Of a stretch of DNA of 64,000 bases, positions 37,413 through 46,838 are shown piece after piece (the first letter of the stretch is position 1; each line of letters begins with the position of its first letter). Location of the stretch: the NCBI GenBank assembly GCA_964469615.1, contig CAYXZM010000031.1, positions 20,306-84,305 of the forward strand, in the 5' to 3' direction. Source of the stretch: an uncultured Candidatus Bathyarchaeia archaeon (GTDB lineage Archaea > Thermoproteota > Bathyarchaeia > Bathyarchaeales > Bathycorpusculaceae). Made by a program: the position numbers and the translations under genes. The notes under the pieces are model-generated. The model ran no database searches. It was given only the letters and a program-made list of their open reading frames with translations, and was not told where the DNA came from.

Positions 37413-38853
37413 CCCTCACCTGTCTTCCCACCAGCTCGTCCACAATTTCGATGAACGAAGCGATTTTTTCTTGTGGAACCTGCGCCCCTGCAGCTATGTT
37501 GTGCCCCCCGCCACCTCCTTGACATTTTTTAGCAGCTACTTCCATAATACTTCCTAGATTTACTCCTTTGTTGGTCATAATGTCAATGGTTCTTGCAGAA
37601 AATTTCGCTATCCCCTCTCCTTCCACATTAGCATACGCAATCAGCGGTTTTTCAGGATTTGGAAGACTTGTCGAAAGTATGGAGGAAATCGCTCCTATTA
37701 TCTTGTCATCCATGAAATTTTCGCCATAAACCACATATATGTTATCTAATTCCTTCATTCTTTCAGGTTTCTCCATAATCCATCCAAGATACTTGTTAAT
37801 TGTCCGTCTATACTCTTCTAAAACCTTGTTTGCCTCTTCAAGAACTGCGCCCCTATCACCCATAGAGATAGCAACGCCTAAGCTTGGTTTATCCATTCGT
37901 CCAGTTGCATTCAACAAAACAGCAAATTCTCTTGCGTCTCTCAGCGGGGTCCAAGATTCTTCACGATTTAAAATGTAAATATGGCCAATAAGATTTGCAA
38001 CTTCATAATACAAACCTTTAGACAATAAATAATCAGCAAGCGCAGAGCACAAACGTTTCTTCTCATCTTCAGACAAATCTCTCAACGCCCGCCACTTATC
38101 ATCATGTCTTGTTTTTATGCCTACACTTGCCAAGAAAGCAACACTTTTGTCTTCTTCTCCACTTATGCCTGGAATAAACGGATTAGTCGTAGAAGCTAAT
38201 GTTCTATGAATCGGGCGTGTTTCCCTACCGAAAAATATAAGGTCCTTTTCCACAGTAAGAAGCCCGGTGTTTATTGCATCTTCAACTATCTTTCCATTTA
38301 ATCCTCCAAGCATTCGCTGGTCATATTTGTCTTGTAAATCTCCAAGAGCCCCCACTACCGCAATTGGCGCTAAATCGACATTGGTTTGATCAATGGCTTT
38401 AGCTACAAAGTATGCAACACCAGAACCGCTTATGTCTCGTGCCCCGTCTATTCCATGTAAATGCGGATTTACATGTATATGATTGATCGAGTTTTCGCCT
38501 ATAATTTGGTGGTGATCCAAGATTACAATTTTGAAATCCGCAAGTTTCTCTTTTAGTAAATCAATATAACCGCTACCGAAATCAGTGAAAATTATCAGTT
38601 GCGGTTTGTCGGAAAGGATTTCGCTTACAATTTTTTCATCAACCCATTGGGTTATCCTAATTCTAAAACGAGCATCAAGCCTAAACAAGGCTTTTCCAAT
38701 AATTCCTCCAGCTGCAACTCCATCAGCATCCAAATGCGAAAAAACATGAATAAAGCCGTCTCTCTTTGCAGTTTCCAGAATTGCTTTTGCAGCTTGTTCT
38801 GCTAAATTTAAAAAGTCTGCGATGCGATTCTTGTCTAAAGCCATAGCAACCAC
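37393..38853 (-). CDS. archaeal RecJ/Cdc45-like DHH-DHHA1 nuclease
   Basis: DHH motifs SHLDADGVAAGG and ILDHHQ, and DHHA1 motif GGGGHNIAAGAQV. Located between the S15 and Pcc1 genes. Confidence 0.8.
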   Translation of the reverse strand: MVAMALDKNRIADFLNLAEQAAKAILETAKRDGFIHVFSHLDADGVAAGGIIGKALFRLDARFRIRITQWVDEKIVSEILSDKPQLIIFTDFGSGYIDLLKEKLADFKIVILDHHQIIGENSINHIHVNPHLHGIDGARDISGSGVAYFVAKAIDQTNVDLAPIAVVGALGDLQDKYDQRMLGGLNGKIVEDAINTGLLTVEKDLIFFGRETRPIHRTLASTTNPFIPGISGEEDKSVAFLASVGIKTRHDDKWRALRDLSEDEKKRLCSALADYLLSKGLYYEVANLIGHIYILNREESWTPLRDAREFAVLLNATGRMDKPSLGVAISMGDRGAVLEEANKVLEEYRRTINKYLGWIMEKPERMKELDNIYVVYGENFMDDKIIGAISSILSTSLPNPEKPLIAYANVEGEGIAKFSARTIDIMTNKGVNLGSIMEVAAKKCQGGGGGHNIAAGAQVPQEKIASFIEIVDELVGRQVRGEKIGS

Positions 38854-38950
38854 ATTAGGCTAAGAAAATAAGTTATTTAAAGATTTAAAATAAACGTTAT
38901 ACATGATTTTATTCAAAACACAATTTTAGGAATAGAAAATTCAGAAGAAA

Positions 38951-39391
38951 CTAGGTTAAAGAAGCTATCTTGGGCTCATATTTCCAGTTCGGCGGCAAAA
39001 GACCTTCACGCTTGTAATATCTTGCAAGCTTGTGAATTTTTGCCTCTATAATTTGAAGCGCCCTTTTATTGTGCAGATCTTTCCTATTTTTCTCAAGATG
39101 CACAGCGAGGCTTTCAGCCTTTTTGAGCAAATATCCAATATCCTCTGGTATTGATGGCTTAAGCTGGGCATCCTCAAGTATTTTTGTTATTGTTTTTCCA
39201 GTGATTGGCTTCACTAAAGGAATGGCATGTTGATCTCTTAAAATCGTTCCTATGCGGCTCGGCGAATTTCCTTCCTTTGCTAGTTTGATGACAAGAGCTT
39301 CCACTTCTTCTGGTTGATATTTACACCATGTGGGAGGACGCTTCGCCACGGGTCTTATTTGATGTGATTTTCCCTTTTCTTTTTTAGGCAT
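38951..39391 (-). CDS. rps15: 30S ribosomal protein S15 (uS15/S13e-type)
   Basis: WCKYQPEEVEALVIKLAKEGNSPSRIGTILRDQHAIPLVK plus the C-terminal S15 helix LHNKRALQIIEAKIHKLARYY. Confidence 0.95.
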   Translation of the reverse strand: MPKKEKGKSHQIRPVAKRPPTWCKYQPEEVEALVIKLAKEGNSPSRIGTILRDQHAIPLVKPITGKTITKILEDAQLKPSIPEDIGYLLKKAESLAVHLEKNRKDLHNKRALQIIEAKIHKLARYYKREGLLPPNWKYEPKIASLT

Positions 39392-39500
39392 TTTTAGATC
39401 ACTTAAACTCTGTATGAGCGAAGGAAAACAGATATTTAAGAATATTGTTCTTTTCGAGAATATGTTTCTACTTCATCTAAATCTCCTAAGAACCGCCACA

Positions 39501-40097
39501 TTATCGTCCAACTTGACTTTTATACCATGCTGCGAACTTGTTCAGAGCCTTTGCACGGTGCGAATACCTATTTTTCTCTGCTATGCTCATTTCTGCAAAC
39601 GTCTTATTGCTATTTCTGGGCTTGAAAATTGGGTCGAAACCAAAACCATGTCTATTGTTATTTCTCCTTTCTTCTCTTGTTATCTCTCCAAAGACTTCAC
39701 CCTTAAAGCATATTGGCAATTTAAAACCTGCAGAATAATAGGCCACCACTGAACAAAACCTCGCTTCTCTATTTTCGCTGTTTTCCATAAGTTGCAATAA
39801 GCCTCTATTGCCTATAGTTTTATAAACATATGCGGCATAAGGTCCGGGAAATCCATTTAATGCTTCCACAAATAATCCAGCATCTTCAACTATGATTGGC
39901 AAATTACAGTTTTTAAAAGCCTCTATAACGCTTGCTTTTGCAATTTCCTCTAGGCTCTCGCTTTGGATTTCGGAGGTTTTAACTCTAAGCATGCCTACAG
40001 CTATTTTGTATTCGGCTAATACTACGCGCACTTCGTTAAACTTGTTAACATTGTCCGTGGCAAAGAATACGACTCTTCCCTTTAGTGGAAAACCCAT
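39501..40097 (-). CDS. non-canonical purine NTP pyrophosphatase (HAM1/RdgB/ITPase)
   Basis: FATDNVNKFNEV, EDAGLFVEALNGFPGPYAAY, GFGFDPIF and SHRAKA. Confidence 0.85.
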   Translation of the reverse strand: MGFPLKGRVVFFATDNVNKFNEVRVVLAEYKIAVGMLRVKTSEIQSESLEEIAKASVIEAFKNCNLPIIVEDAGLFVEALNGFPGPYAAYVYKTIGNRGLLQLMENSENREARFCSVVAYYSAGFKLPICFKGEVFGEITREERRNNNRHGFGFDPIFKPRNSNKTFAEMSIAEKNRYSHRAKALNKFAAWYKSQVGR

Positions 40098-40103
40098 GTC
40101 GCT

Positions 40104-40505
40104 TCACTGCTTTCTCTTAGCCCCTTTAGCTGAGACACTAAAGTATTTTTCCCAGTCTATCTGCACTATTTCTAGAATGTTGCTATCTAAGTCCATGAAG
40201 GTTGCTTGCTTTCCACCCCAAGGTTCATCATGCAGTTCTTTGATGAATTTTACTCCCTTCCTCTGCAGTTCACTATAAGTCTTCTCTATATCATCTACAA
40301 GAAACTCGACTGAAGGTGATAAGAGGCTTACTTTTTGTCCTTGAAAAAATTTTGGAATTAATCCAATTTCTACGCCGCCACATTCGAAGCCAACATAACT
40401 TGAGTATTCATACTTCTTGTCCAAGCCCAAAGTTTTTTCATAAAATTCTGCAGCTTTTTCCAAGTCTGAGACATAGAATGTGACGCACCAAACTGTCTTA
40501 ATCAT
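40104..40505 (-). CDS. VOC-family (glyoxalase/bleomycin-resistance fold) protein
   Basis: FYVSDLEKAAEFYEKTLGL and DLDSNILEIVQ, on a paired beta-alpha-beta-beta-beta module of about 130 aa. Confidence 0.75.
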   Translation of the reverse strand: MIKTVWCVTFYVSDLEKAAEFYEKTLGLDKKYEYSSYVGFECGGVEIGLIPKFFQGQKVSLLSPSVEFLVDDIEKTYSELQRKGVKFIKELHDEPWGGKQATFMDLDSNILEIVQIDWEKYFSVSAKGAKRKQ

Positions 40506-41167
40506 GCATGTTCACCTTTTCTTTCTGTGACATACCTTCCTCTTCTCTCTATCTCCTTTATCTTATCTAAAACGTTTTTTACGGTTTCAGTTCCTAAAAC
40601 CTTAGAGTATCCCTTAATCACAGCTTTGAAACATTCCTCAGTAAACCTAAAATGAGTGCTCTGCAGTGCTCTTTTCATAAGATGCAAGTCAACACCTCTA
40701 GCCTCTAATTCCCTTGATTTCTCACCAAGACCAAAATCCACGAAGAAAATTTTTCCTTCAGAATTTAGAATCATGTTTGATGTGGTTAAATCACCGTGGA
40801 TTATTCCATGTTCATGAAGCTTGCCTATCAATTCACCAATTTGGATGCATAAATCTTGTCTCATGTTTTCGTTTGCTTCACTTAACAATTTCTTCACTTG
40901 TTTTCCTTCAATAAACTCCATAATTATCGTAGCATTTTTTATGTTAATCAGAAAAATTATCGGCGTTGGCACTCCAGCTTTTTTTGCTTCATGCATTAAT
41001 TGCGGTTCATGAATGGTTCTGTATGTTCTTATTTGCTTATCTAACCTTGATGGGCGATACTTTTTTGGCAATCTTTTCTTCATTATCACTTTTCTTCCAT
41101 GCCACTCTGCAAGGTAAAGGCAGGCTTCTGCGCCCTTCTTGATTAAAAGCGGCTCTGTTTTATCCAT
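40502..41167 (-). CDS. bud32: KEOPS subunit Bud32 (Kae1-associated atypical kinase)
   Basis: IKKGAEACLY, the catalytic loop IIHGDLTTSNMIL, and FVDFGLG. Overlaps kae1 by 25 nt. Confidence 0.85.
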   Translation of the reverse strand: MDKTEPLLIKKGAEACLYLAEWHGRKVIMKKRLPKKYRPSRLDKQIRTYRTIHEPQLMHEAKKAGVPTPIIFLINIKNATIIMEFIEGKQVKKLLSEANENMRQDLCIQIGELIGKLHEHGIIHGDLTTSNMILNSEGKIFFVDFGLGEKSRELEARGVDLHLMKRALQSTHFRFTEECFKAVIKGYSKVLGTETVKNVLDKIKEIERRGRYVTERKGEHA

Positions 41168-42195
41168 GGAACTTCAACCTCATCAAGGCGCCATCTTAGC
41201 TTTACAAAACTTTTTTCGATGGGCGTAATCATGCCATGCTTGTAGGCTAATATCCCAGTCCATGCAATCATCGCGCCGTTATCAATTGCAAATTCGCTTG
41301 GCACAACACAGAATTTGGCGCCATGCTCCTTCGCAATAGCCTTAATCATGGCTTGCAGTCTTTTGTTGGCTGCAACTCCTCCAGTTAGCAAGACTTCCTT
41401 TTTCTCTGTGTGCGCCAAAGCTCTTTCCGTGACTTCTGTAACCATAGAAAATGCTGTCTCTTGAAGGCTATAACATAAATCCTCAAGTTTATACTCCTTT
41501 TTTTTAAGCATGTTGATCGCAGCAGTTAGCAAACCGCTAAAAGAGGTATCCATACCCTTAACCGTGTAAGGCATAGAAATCAGTTTTTTTCCCCTTCCAG
41601 CAAGCTTCTCAACAATAGCTCCAAACGGTAAACCTACTTTTTGACATAGTTCTGCTTCTCTCGCAAAAACATCTAAACAGTTTCCAAGAGCAATATCAAG
41701 CGTCTCGCCAAAAACTCTATAGCGCCCAGAATCAAAAGCTGCAACGATGGTGTTGCCACCAGAAACATAAAGTGTTATCGGGTCCTTTGCACCAGTTTTC
41801 AGTTTCCCTATCTCAATATGCGCTACACAATGGTTTACTCCTACAAGCGGAACTTTAAGATGAGAGGCTAGAGCGCGGGCAATTGTAGCGCCTGTGCGGA
41901 GACATGGACCCAAACCAGGACCTTGAGAAAATGCTATGACCGATAGATTTTGTGGCTTTATTTCAGATTTTGTAAAGGCTTCTTCTAGAATTTTGCTAGC
42001 TATTTCTGCGTGATGTCTTGCTGCTTCTCTTGGGTGGATTCCGCCTTTTTCAGGCACGTAAGCACTTATTATATTTGCTAGTATTTCACCGTTGAATGTT
42101 GATATTCCGATACTAAAGTCGTCTGCCGTGGATTCAATTCCTAAGCAGTAGGCTTTGCTCGTCTTATTTCCTTTCATTCTATTGTCCTTCAACAT
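41143..42195 (-). CDS. kae1: tRNA N6-adenosine threonylcarbamoyltransferase Kae1
   Basis: CLGIESTADDFSIGI, GPGLGPCLRTG, VGVNHCVAHI and AIDNGAMIAW. The start may be an internal Met. Confidence 0.9.
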   Translation of the reverse strand: MLKDNRMKGNKTSKAYCLGIESTADDFSIGISTFNGEILANIISAYVPEKGGIHPREAARHHAEIASKILEEAFTKSEIKPQNLSVIAFSQGPGLGPCLRTGATIARALASHLKVPLVGVNHCVAHIEIGKLKTGAKDPITLYVSGGNTIVAAFDSGRYRVFGETLDIALGNCLDVFAREAELCQKVGLPFGAIVEKLAGRGKKLISMPYTVKGMDTSFSGLLTAAINMLKKKEYKLEDLCYSLQETAFSMVTEVTERALAHTEKKEVLLTGGVAANKRLQAMIKAIAKEHGAKFCVVPSEFAIDNGAMIAWTGILAYKHGMITPIEKSFVKLRWRLDEVEVPWIKQSRF

Positions 42196-42265
42196 TAGCT
42201 TTTACAACTTTAAACATACAACTTTTTATTTAAAAAGCGCGCTTATATCAATATAGAAGATCTGA

Positions 42266-42655
42266 GTGCCGAGGAAAATGTCTAAACGCAACGATTTAGA
42301 ACAAAAAGCATTGCAATATATAATAAACACTGGGTTTGAAGGAATTCTTCAATCTGACTTGTGGCGAAAGCTCGGGGCAAGTAGCAGAGAAGGTTCTAGA
42401 ATAGCCTTAAAACTGGAAGATAAAAAGCTTATCCGTAGAGAGAAAGAACTCTGCGATGGAAGATGGACTTATAGACTTTACCCAAAGAGGCTTCCCGCAA
42501 GAATAGATTCGATAGCGGATGTTCCATGCCTAATGTGTCCAGACAACCCTAGATGCGACCCATCAAGCGCAATTTCGCCCCAAAATTGCGAAAAACTTAC
42601 AGAGTGGCTCCTGTCCAAATCTCAAAATGAGTCAGACACTATGGGTGACAGCTAA
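42266..42655 (+). CDS. winged-helix protein with C-terminal 4-Cys motif, possible TFE-beta/RPC34-like factor
   Basis: The wH-like ILQSDLWRKLGASSREGSRIALKLEDKKLIRRE is followed by CLMCPDNPRC...NC (C-x2-C-x5-C-x11-C). Assignment to TFE-beta is by architecture only. Confidence 0.4.
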   Translation: MPRKMSKRNDLEQKALQYIINTGFEGILQSDLWRKLGASSREGSRIALKLEDKKLIRREKELCDGRWTYRLYPKRLPARIDSIADVPCLMCPDNPRCDPSSAISPQNCEKLTEWLLSKSQNESDTMGDS

Positions 42656-42657
42656 TT

Positions 42658-43275
42658 TTGCCAAAAGCATGGATTCAGGAAAGGAAAAGAGATTATTATT
42701 ATAGAAAAGCAAAGGAGGAAAAATACCGTTCTAGGGCTGCGTACAAGCTTTTTCAAGCAATAGAGAAACATCATTTTATCCAAAGAGGCAATGTTATTGT
42801 GGATTTAGGTGCCGCACCAGGTGGCTGGGTTCAAGCGGCTAGAAAAATTGTTGGAAACAAGGGTTTTGTTCTAGGAGTTGACTTAAAGCCTATAGAACCT
42901 TTTCCACAAAGTAATGTCAAAACAATAATAGGCGACATAAGTGAGCAGGAAACCATTACAGAGATTTTAAGTATGCTTCCCAAGAAAGCAGATGTGGTGA
43001 TTTCAGATGCTTCACCAAACATTTCTGGAATATGGGAAGTTGACCATGCACGCCAAATAGACTTGGCACACCAATCATTAATGATAGCCTTGAAAACTCT
43101 TAGACCTTTTGGGAATTTTTTTGTAAAGGTCTTTCAAGGAGACATGCTTGACAGTTTTATAAAGAAAATGAAAGAGCATTTTAGAATTGTAAAGGTGATT
43201 AAACCCAAGGCGAGCAGAGCTAAAAGTTCAGAAATATTCATTTTAGGTATACACTTGAAGAGAGTGGCTGATTAG
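42658..43275 (+). CDS. rlmE: 23S rRNA 2'-O-ribose methyltransferase RlmE/FtsJ
   Basis: YRSRAAYKL, VVDLGAAPGGW, VISDASPNISG and FVKVFQG. Confidence 0.85.
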   Translation: MPKAWIQERKRDYYYRKAKEEKYRSRAAYKLFQAIEKHHFIQRGNVIVDLGAAPGGWVQAARKIVGNKGFVLGVDLKPIEPFPQSNVKTIIGDISEQETITEILSMLPKKADVVISDASPNISGIWEVDHARQIDLAHQSLMIALKTLRPFGNFFVKVFQGDMLDSFIKKMKEHFRIVKVIKPKASRAKSSEIFILGIHLKRVAD

Positions 43276-43318
43276 ACGGCAAAGCTATATTCTTATTTCA
43301 TTATTTTATAGATGCAAG

Positions 43319-44023
43319 GTGAATCATATGGATATTATCGCTGCTGACTCTTCTGCAGCCATACTTAATGACAAGTTTGAACCTTTATCGATTGTTGCAG
43401 TCGCATCTGTATTGGTTAACCCACCTTATAGAGAACCCACAACTTGCTTAGCAGAAGCAATTTTTGCAGACGCAGCAAATGGACATGAAGTTATAGTGCA
43501 TGAAGCAGAACTTTGCCAAGCTTTGCTCGAAAAGGTAAAAGCCGATTATGTGCATCTTGACATGTCATTAGGAGCACTTCCACTCGAACAGTTATCTCCG
43601 ATTCAATTCTCAAATTTAAGAATCTCCTCAAAAGCAAAACGCCATCTCCTGAAAATTCTTCCACGATTAAGGAAAATCGCTAACGAAATCACTCTAAAAT
43701 ATGGTGTTGAAGTTATCGCGATAGGAAAAGAAAGCGTTCCAGTAAGAATTGCAGAATTAACTTCTGGCGCATATGCAATACTATATGCAAGCGAAAAAGC
43801 CGTAAAAGAGAAGCAAACAATTCTGCTGGGTTTACCTTCAAAATGTCAGCCAAGAATTGCAGAAAAAAGAGTATATCTATACTCTCTCATCGGTTCAGAA
43901 CATGATGTTAGAGGCTATGCAGAAGACACAAAAGAGATTCTGAAAAAAGTTGAAATAAGCGAGATGTTAAACCCATGTGCCAGAGGTTTTAGAACACTAA
44001 AAATCATTCCTTTAAAAAGGTGA
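43319..44023 (+). CDS. hypothetical protein (possibly DUF4152-like)
   Basis: 234-aa soluble protein with no motif I can name. Its stop overlaps the start of the CPBP protease gene (ATGA). Confidence 0.35.
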   Translation: MNHMDIIAADSSAAILNDKFEPLSIVAVASVLVNPPYREPTTCLAEAIFADAANGHEVIVHEAELCQALLEKVKADYVHLDMSLGALPLEQLSPIQFSNLRISSKAKRHLLKILPRLRKIANEITLKYGVEVIAIGKESVPVRIAELTSGAYAILYASEKAVKEKQTILLGLPSKCQPRIAEKRVYLYSLIGSEHDVRGYAEDTKEILKKVEISEMLNPCARGFRTLKIIPLKR

Positions 44024-44694
44024 TTTACATGCAGGAAAAGAACACTATTTCTCCATTTGTAGCCATTTTGGCTGTCGTAGCAAGTTTCTTACTTGCTTCC
44101 TTCCTTGGGGCAATTATTTACGTGTTATTTGGATATGCTTTTGCCCAGATATCTGTGGAACTTCTTTTGATTGCTGTCCCACTCGGCTATATGCTCTACA
44201 AGAGAGTTAGTGTTAGAAATTATATAAGGTTGGAGATGAAATCTAGAACTATTCTTTTGGGTGTCGTTTTAGGAGGTTTTCTCTTTTTGTTCAACGTAGC
44301 TATCTCTAACGTACTGTTGAGAATTACTGGACCAAGTGAAGTTGTTGAACAAAGTAATGAATTGATTGCGGGATTGAGTAGTTCTTCGCAAGGTTTGCTC
44401 TTAGCAATCGTTGCTTTGTCTTTGGCAGGTATTTGCGAAGAGTTTACCTTTAGAGGTTTCTTGCAGACAGCGATTAATAGCAAATATTCTCTTCGAACCG
44501 CTTTGTTCGTTTCATCTCTACTTTTTGCTATCCTTCTTCATCCTGATCCACGAGCATTTTATACCATCTCAGCTTTCTTGATAGGACTAGTATTGGGATA
44601 CTTTTATTATCATTGGCGTTCGTATGTCGTCTGTGCTGCGGCTCATGCAACCATGAATCTAATAGTGCTAGCAATAATACTTCTTCTCGTATAG
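44020..44694 (+). CDS. CPBP-family (CAAX/Abi) intramembrane glutamic endopeptidase
   Basis: Motif 1 EEFTFRGFL and motif 3 AHATMN, in a polytopic membrane protein. Confidence 0.75.
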   Translation: MIYMQEKNTISPFVAILAVVASFLLASFLGAIIYVLFGYAFAQISVELLLIAVPLGYMLYKRVSVRNYIRLEMKSRTILLGVVLGGFLFLFNVAISNVLLRITGPSEVVEQSNELIAGLSSSSQGLLLAIVALSLAGICEEFTFRGFLQTAINSKYSLRTALFVSSLLFAILLHPDPRAFYTISAFLIGLVLGYFYYHWRSYVVCAAAHATMNLIVLAIILLLV

Positions 44695-44750
44695 TTATCT
44701 TCTGCCAATGTTTGGCTAGAGTCAGTTTCTGCAATGTTAAGCAATTTATA

Positions 44751-45617
44751 TCAACCTTTGTTTATCTTTGTGATTTCAAGGCTTATGTCGAGTGTCCTTG
44801 GGCTGTCTGTTATTTCACCTAAACTTACAATATCAACTCCTGTAGAAGCAAACGCTATTACATTTCTTATTGTTATCCCACCACTGGCCTCTAACAAAAC
44901 TTTTCCAAATAAACCAGACTTTTTAAGTAATTTAATCGCCTCTGCAATTTGTTTTGGAGAAAAATTATCCAACATAACTATGTCTACTCCAGCCTTGGCT
45001 GCAGCTAAAACATCCTTAACTTCAGTTATTTCAACTTCGATTTTTTTGCTAAAAGAAACGTTTTCTCTAACTCTTTTAATCGCTTCTTCAACGCTCCCGA
45101 CAACTGCAATGTGGTTATCTTTTATCAAAACCATATCATCCAAATGAAGCCTATGTGTATCACCACCACCTATCAAAACCGCCTTTTTATCAAAATAGAG
45201 CAGACCAGGCGCTGTTTTTCGTGTACAAGCAACTTTTGTTTTAAGCCTTGCCTTTTGAATTTTCTCCACTAATTCTCTTGTGGTTGTTGCAATACCACTC
45301 ATACGAGAAAGAAGGTTTAGAACTGTCCGTTCAACAGAAAGTATTGTTCGCACATCCCCAAAAATTTTCATCAAAACTTGTTTCGATTTCATTTTTTCTC
45401 CATCTGCAACTAAAGCCTCAACCTTAAGCCCAAGACTTTCTAAAAGAACAGTTGCCTCCTCAATTCCTGCGGCAATTCCAGATTCCTTACATATTACTTT
45501 TGACTCTGCAATACAGTTTTCTGGAACTGTTAAAGCAGTTGTTAGGTCTCCCTGCCCTAAGTCTTCATTCAGCATTTTTCGAAGTTTTTCCTCCAAAATT
45601 TTGCGAGGCAAGAACAT
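44751..45617 (-). CDS. nadC: nicotinate-nucleotide pyrophosphorylase (carboxylating), QPRTase
   Basis: DLGQGDLTT, TRKTAPGLL, GGGDTHRLHLDD, IMLDN, and ASGGIT near the C-terminus. Confidence 0.9.
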   Translation of the reverse strand: MFLPRKILEEKLRKMLNEDLGQGDLTTALTVPENCIAESKVICKESGIAAGIEEATVLLESLGLKVEALVADGEKMKSKQVLMKIFGDVRTILSVERTVLNLLSRMSGIATTTRELVEKIQKARLKTKVACTRKTAPGLLYFDKKAVLIGGGDTHRLHLDDMVLIKDNHIAVVGSVEEAIKRVRENVSFSKKIEVEITEVKDVLAAAKAGVDIVMLDNFSPKQIAEAIKLLKKSGLFGKVLLEASGGITIRNVIAFASTGVDIVSLGEITDSPRTLDISLEITKINKG

Positions 45618-45655
45618 GATATTTACTCTTTGAACTTTTGACTTAAAATACTTGC

Positions 45656-46831
45656 TTATTCTTCACGGCTTTCAATTATTATTTTAACGGCGTTTTCCAG
45701 TCCATCATATTGTAGGACCTCTTTCTGAACCTCTTTAAGTCTTTCATGAAGTTTTATCTCTAAGATTTGCTGAACACTTTTGAGGAGTTTTTCTTTGTTT
45801 AACTCTTCTTGTTGAATAATTTTCGCGACGCCAAGTTTTTCAGCTTGCTTTGCATTACTTAGTTGTTCTGTATGACCCGGTGTGGGCACAAGTGTCATGG
45901 GTTTGCCATAAGATAGGCACTGCGTTATAGTTCCGTGTCCAGCGCGTCCTACGACTAAATCACAAGCTTTTAAATATTCAAAACGGTTTGGAATCCACCC
46001 ATAAATTGTTACATTACCATAGTGCGTAGGCTTATAGTCTGCATTAGGATAGCCAAGTGAAATAACTACTTGATAATCTTCTGGAAACTTTAGCAGAATT
46101 CTCCTCAATATTCCTATTAAAAATGCCTTCTCTTTGACTGGACCGCTTATAGGTGCAAAAATGACTAGTTTATCATCTCGTAATCCTAGTTTTTTACGCA
46201 ATTCATTTTCAGTTGGCAATTCGTTAGGATGCGTCGGCAATATTGGTCCTATCAATTTCACATTTTTCTTATATGATTTTGGAATGTTGAGATTTCCCGC
46301 ACATATCGTGTATGGTTTTGGAAAGTCTGGTATTAAGACAGTGTTTCCGCTGGTCCACATTTTTCCAATGGTTGTAAGAGTTATAGAATCCGCAAATTTT
46401 GCCAAGTTCAGAAAACGTTTTTTCCGTGGAATTATAACTTGAAACTGGTTTAAAATGCAAATTCTCGGAATTCCTAAAATCCTCGCTGCTAATATAGGAG
46501 AGATACGGGAGTCTGAAACAACAATATCTGGTCTAAAATTTTCAATTGTTTGGATTTCTGCATTAAGTTGCTTTAAAAAGGTAAAAGAAGCAAAAAAAGG
46601 ACCCGGGTCGACTACTGTTTGTGCAAAATCTACAGTTCCGTCTGGTTTGACTTGAAAACCGATGGGTGGAGCTTCAAAAAGAGAAAATTTTTCTTGTTTA
46701 ACATAGCTTAAGCCTTCGCGGTAGGTGGAAAATAGTACATTAACCCTTTTCTCTACAAGTTTCTTGGCTATGGGGATACATCGTCCAACATGTCCTAAGC
46801 CGATGCCACATGGGGCAAAATAAACCCTCAT
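45656..46831 (-). CDS. GT-B glycosyltransferase (family 1/28, MurG/UDP-glycosyltransferase-like)
   Basis: N-terminal CGIGLGHVGRC and the C-terminal nucleotide-sugar motif GRAGHGTITQCLSYGKPMTLVPTPGHTEQLSNA. Confidence 0.75.
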   Translation of the reverse strand: MRVYFAPCGIGLGHVGRCIPIAKKLVEKRVNVLFSTYREGLSYVKQEKFSLFEAPPIGFQVKPDGTVDFAQTVVDPGPFFASFTFLKQLNAEIQTIENFRPDIVVSDSRISPILAARILGIPRICILNQFQVIIPRKKRFLNLAKFADSITLTTIGKMWTSGNTVLIPDFPKPYTICAGNLNIPKSYKKNVKLIGPILPTHPNELPTENELRKKLGLRDDKLVIFAPISGPVKEKAFLIGILRRILLKFPEDYQVVISLGYPNADYKPTHYGNVTIYGWIPNRFEYLKACDLVVGRAGHGTITQCLSYGKPMTLVPTPGHTEQLSNAKQAEKLGVAKIIQQEELNKEKLLKSVQQILEIKLHERLKEVQKEVLQYDGLENAVKIIIESREE

Positions 46832-46838
46832 AGAACTC

